NCBI GenBank assembly: GCA_030770535.1
Contig: JASVEC010000002.1
Location: forward strand, 1,612,001-1,676,000
Direction of reading: 5' to 3'
Source of the DNA: Batkoa obscura
Lineage: Eukaryota
Length of the DNA: 64,000 nt
Shown here: piece after piece, positions 62,637 through 64,000 of the stretch
Layout of the letters: each line of letters opens with the position of its first letter
How positions within the stretch are numbered: the stretch's first letter is position 1
Notes under the pieces: generated by a model
Told to the model about the DNA's origin: nothing
Databases searched by the model: none
What the model saw: only the letters and a program-made list of their open reading frames with translations
Position numbers and translations under genes: made by a program

Positions 62637-63040
62637 ATATATTTATAAACTTTTACTAATTTGATTTAAATAACTAGGATTATATATAATATATAATATA
62701 TAATATTTTTATAATTAAATAAAATTAAGTTTAATATTTATTTCATTATTATTGATCCTTTTATTATTTAACCCTTTGAGTACTAATATTTATCTCAAAA
62801 TAATTTTGTTCAATTAGATCATAATTTCTAATTATTATAAAGCTGGATTCGTTTTTGAAATTCAATACTTAGAGAATTAATTTGATTAAAATCATACTTA
62901 AATAATACTCATCCTAGTTGAATTTTAATCTACAAGAATTTAGTGAACATTATTGTTCATCCATAGTACTCAAATAGTTAATGATTTTCTAATAATGTAT
63001 TCAGTATAAAGATTAAAAATTAAAAATTAAAAATTAATAT

Positions 63041-63139
63041 GGGGATGTACTTTTGTATTTAAGAATTTTACTAACAGCTTTTCTATTAAAATAGTGCTTA
63101 AAAGATGGAAAAAATAATGAAGTCAAAAAAAACACCCCC
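63041..63139 (+). mobile_element. MITE family 1 copy (a partial copy also lies at ~63604-63673, - strand)
   Basis: ATAT-GGGGATG...CACCCCC-ATAT. Confidence 0.88.
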
Positions 63140-64000
63140 ATATACAAATAAAAAATGTGTTAATGATAATTTTGTTGCTATTAAATTTTATTTTTTTAAA
63201 GGGGTTTTGTTAAATTACAATTAAAGCGATAATAGTATCCTTTCTATTATTGGATTTAGCTTATTGCTTAGCTTTTAAGATCAGAAAGTAAAGTCAATGA
63301 AAATAAAATAAAAACAACTTTAATTTTAGTATTAATAATTCTTTAAAAAAAGGACAAAAAGTATATTGACTTGAATTATTAGTATAGTTTCTATTCTTAG
63401 ATGAAACTAATAAGTCATTTGGTATATAAGACACCGAAATTAAGAAACTAGTCATAGTGGAAGTAAAAGGTAACTTGCAATTAACTTCATTAATAATTTA
63501 ATAACGAATCCGAATTTTCCAAAAGGATCTTATCAAATTCTAATTAATGCGATCTTAATAATTTAATATTATAATAAATCATTAACTTAAATTTATAACT
63601 TAAAGGTGTCTTGGTTTCATCACTTTTTGCATTTTTTAAGCACTATTTGAGCGAAAAAATTGATAGTAAAATTGATAAAAGATGTTTCTACCTACTCAAA
63701 TTTACAATACACTGACTTCAGAAAACAAGTAACTTAATATAACACTACTTTAATTCTTTTATAGGTTTTCTAATGGTGATCTCTATAATTAAATTATCTA
63801 ATATACTAACTTTTTTAAAGCTTAATCCTTATATTTATGTCAATTGATATAGATTTTTTAAATAAGTGGTTGATTAAATTGCAAAACAGTTGCAAAATTG
63901 TATTAAGTCTAATAGTAATTCATCCCAGTTTTTTTTAGAGATTCTTATTGAATTTAAATAAACGCGATCATCAGTACCCTTTCTATTACTGGATTTCACT

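Overview
Very AT-rich eukaryotic DNA with short (~50-90 nt) GT-AG introns and a fungal gene set (Zn2Cys6 factor, tyrosinase, Ras, THO2, MTG1, PAAF1/RPN14). The style suggests an early-diverging fungus such as Entomophthoromycotina; this is an inference. The window holds about 20 protein genes, 6 tRNA genes (Lys, 3x Asp, Asn, Val), at least 18 copies of a ~98-bp MITE with a 4-bp target duplication, and ~5 copies of a ~170-bp TA-flanked MITE. The standout is a four-member kynurenine-formamidase-like alpha/beta-hydrolase family, all ending in PTS1-like xKL. One copy (57165-58060) is canonical, with HGGGW and no insert. The other three (10728-11837, 19134-20207, 48034-49711) keep Ser-Asp-His, replace HGGGW with E-S-x-x-aromatic, and carry at the same cap position a hypervariable repeat insert of [R/K]-X5-P units (e.g. 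R-LIVPSP x6, R-MILQYP, R-MGICQP, R-MIVFAP, K-VVIHSP, R-VFVPPP, R-TMTIGP, R-SVYTKP, K-LQWSYP) separated by polar or acidic spacers. This resembles a multi-core RiPP precursor embedded inside its own serine peptidase/macrocyclase, possibly peroxisomal. That interpretation is a hypothesis requiring experimental test.
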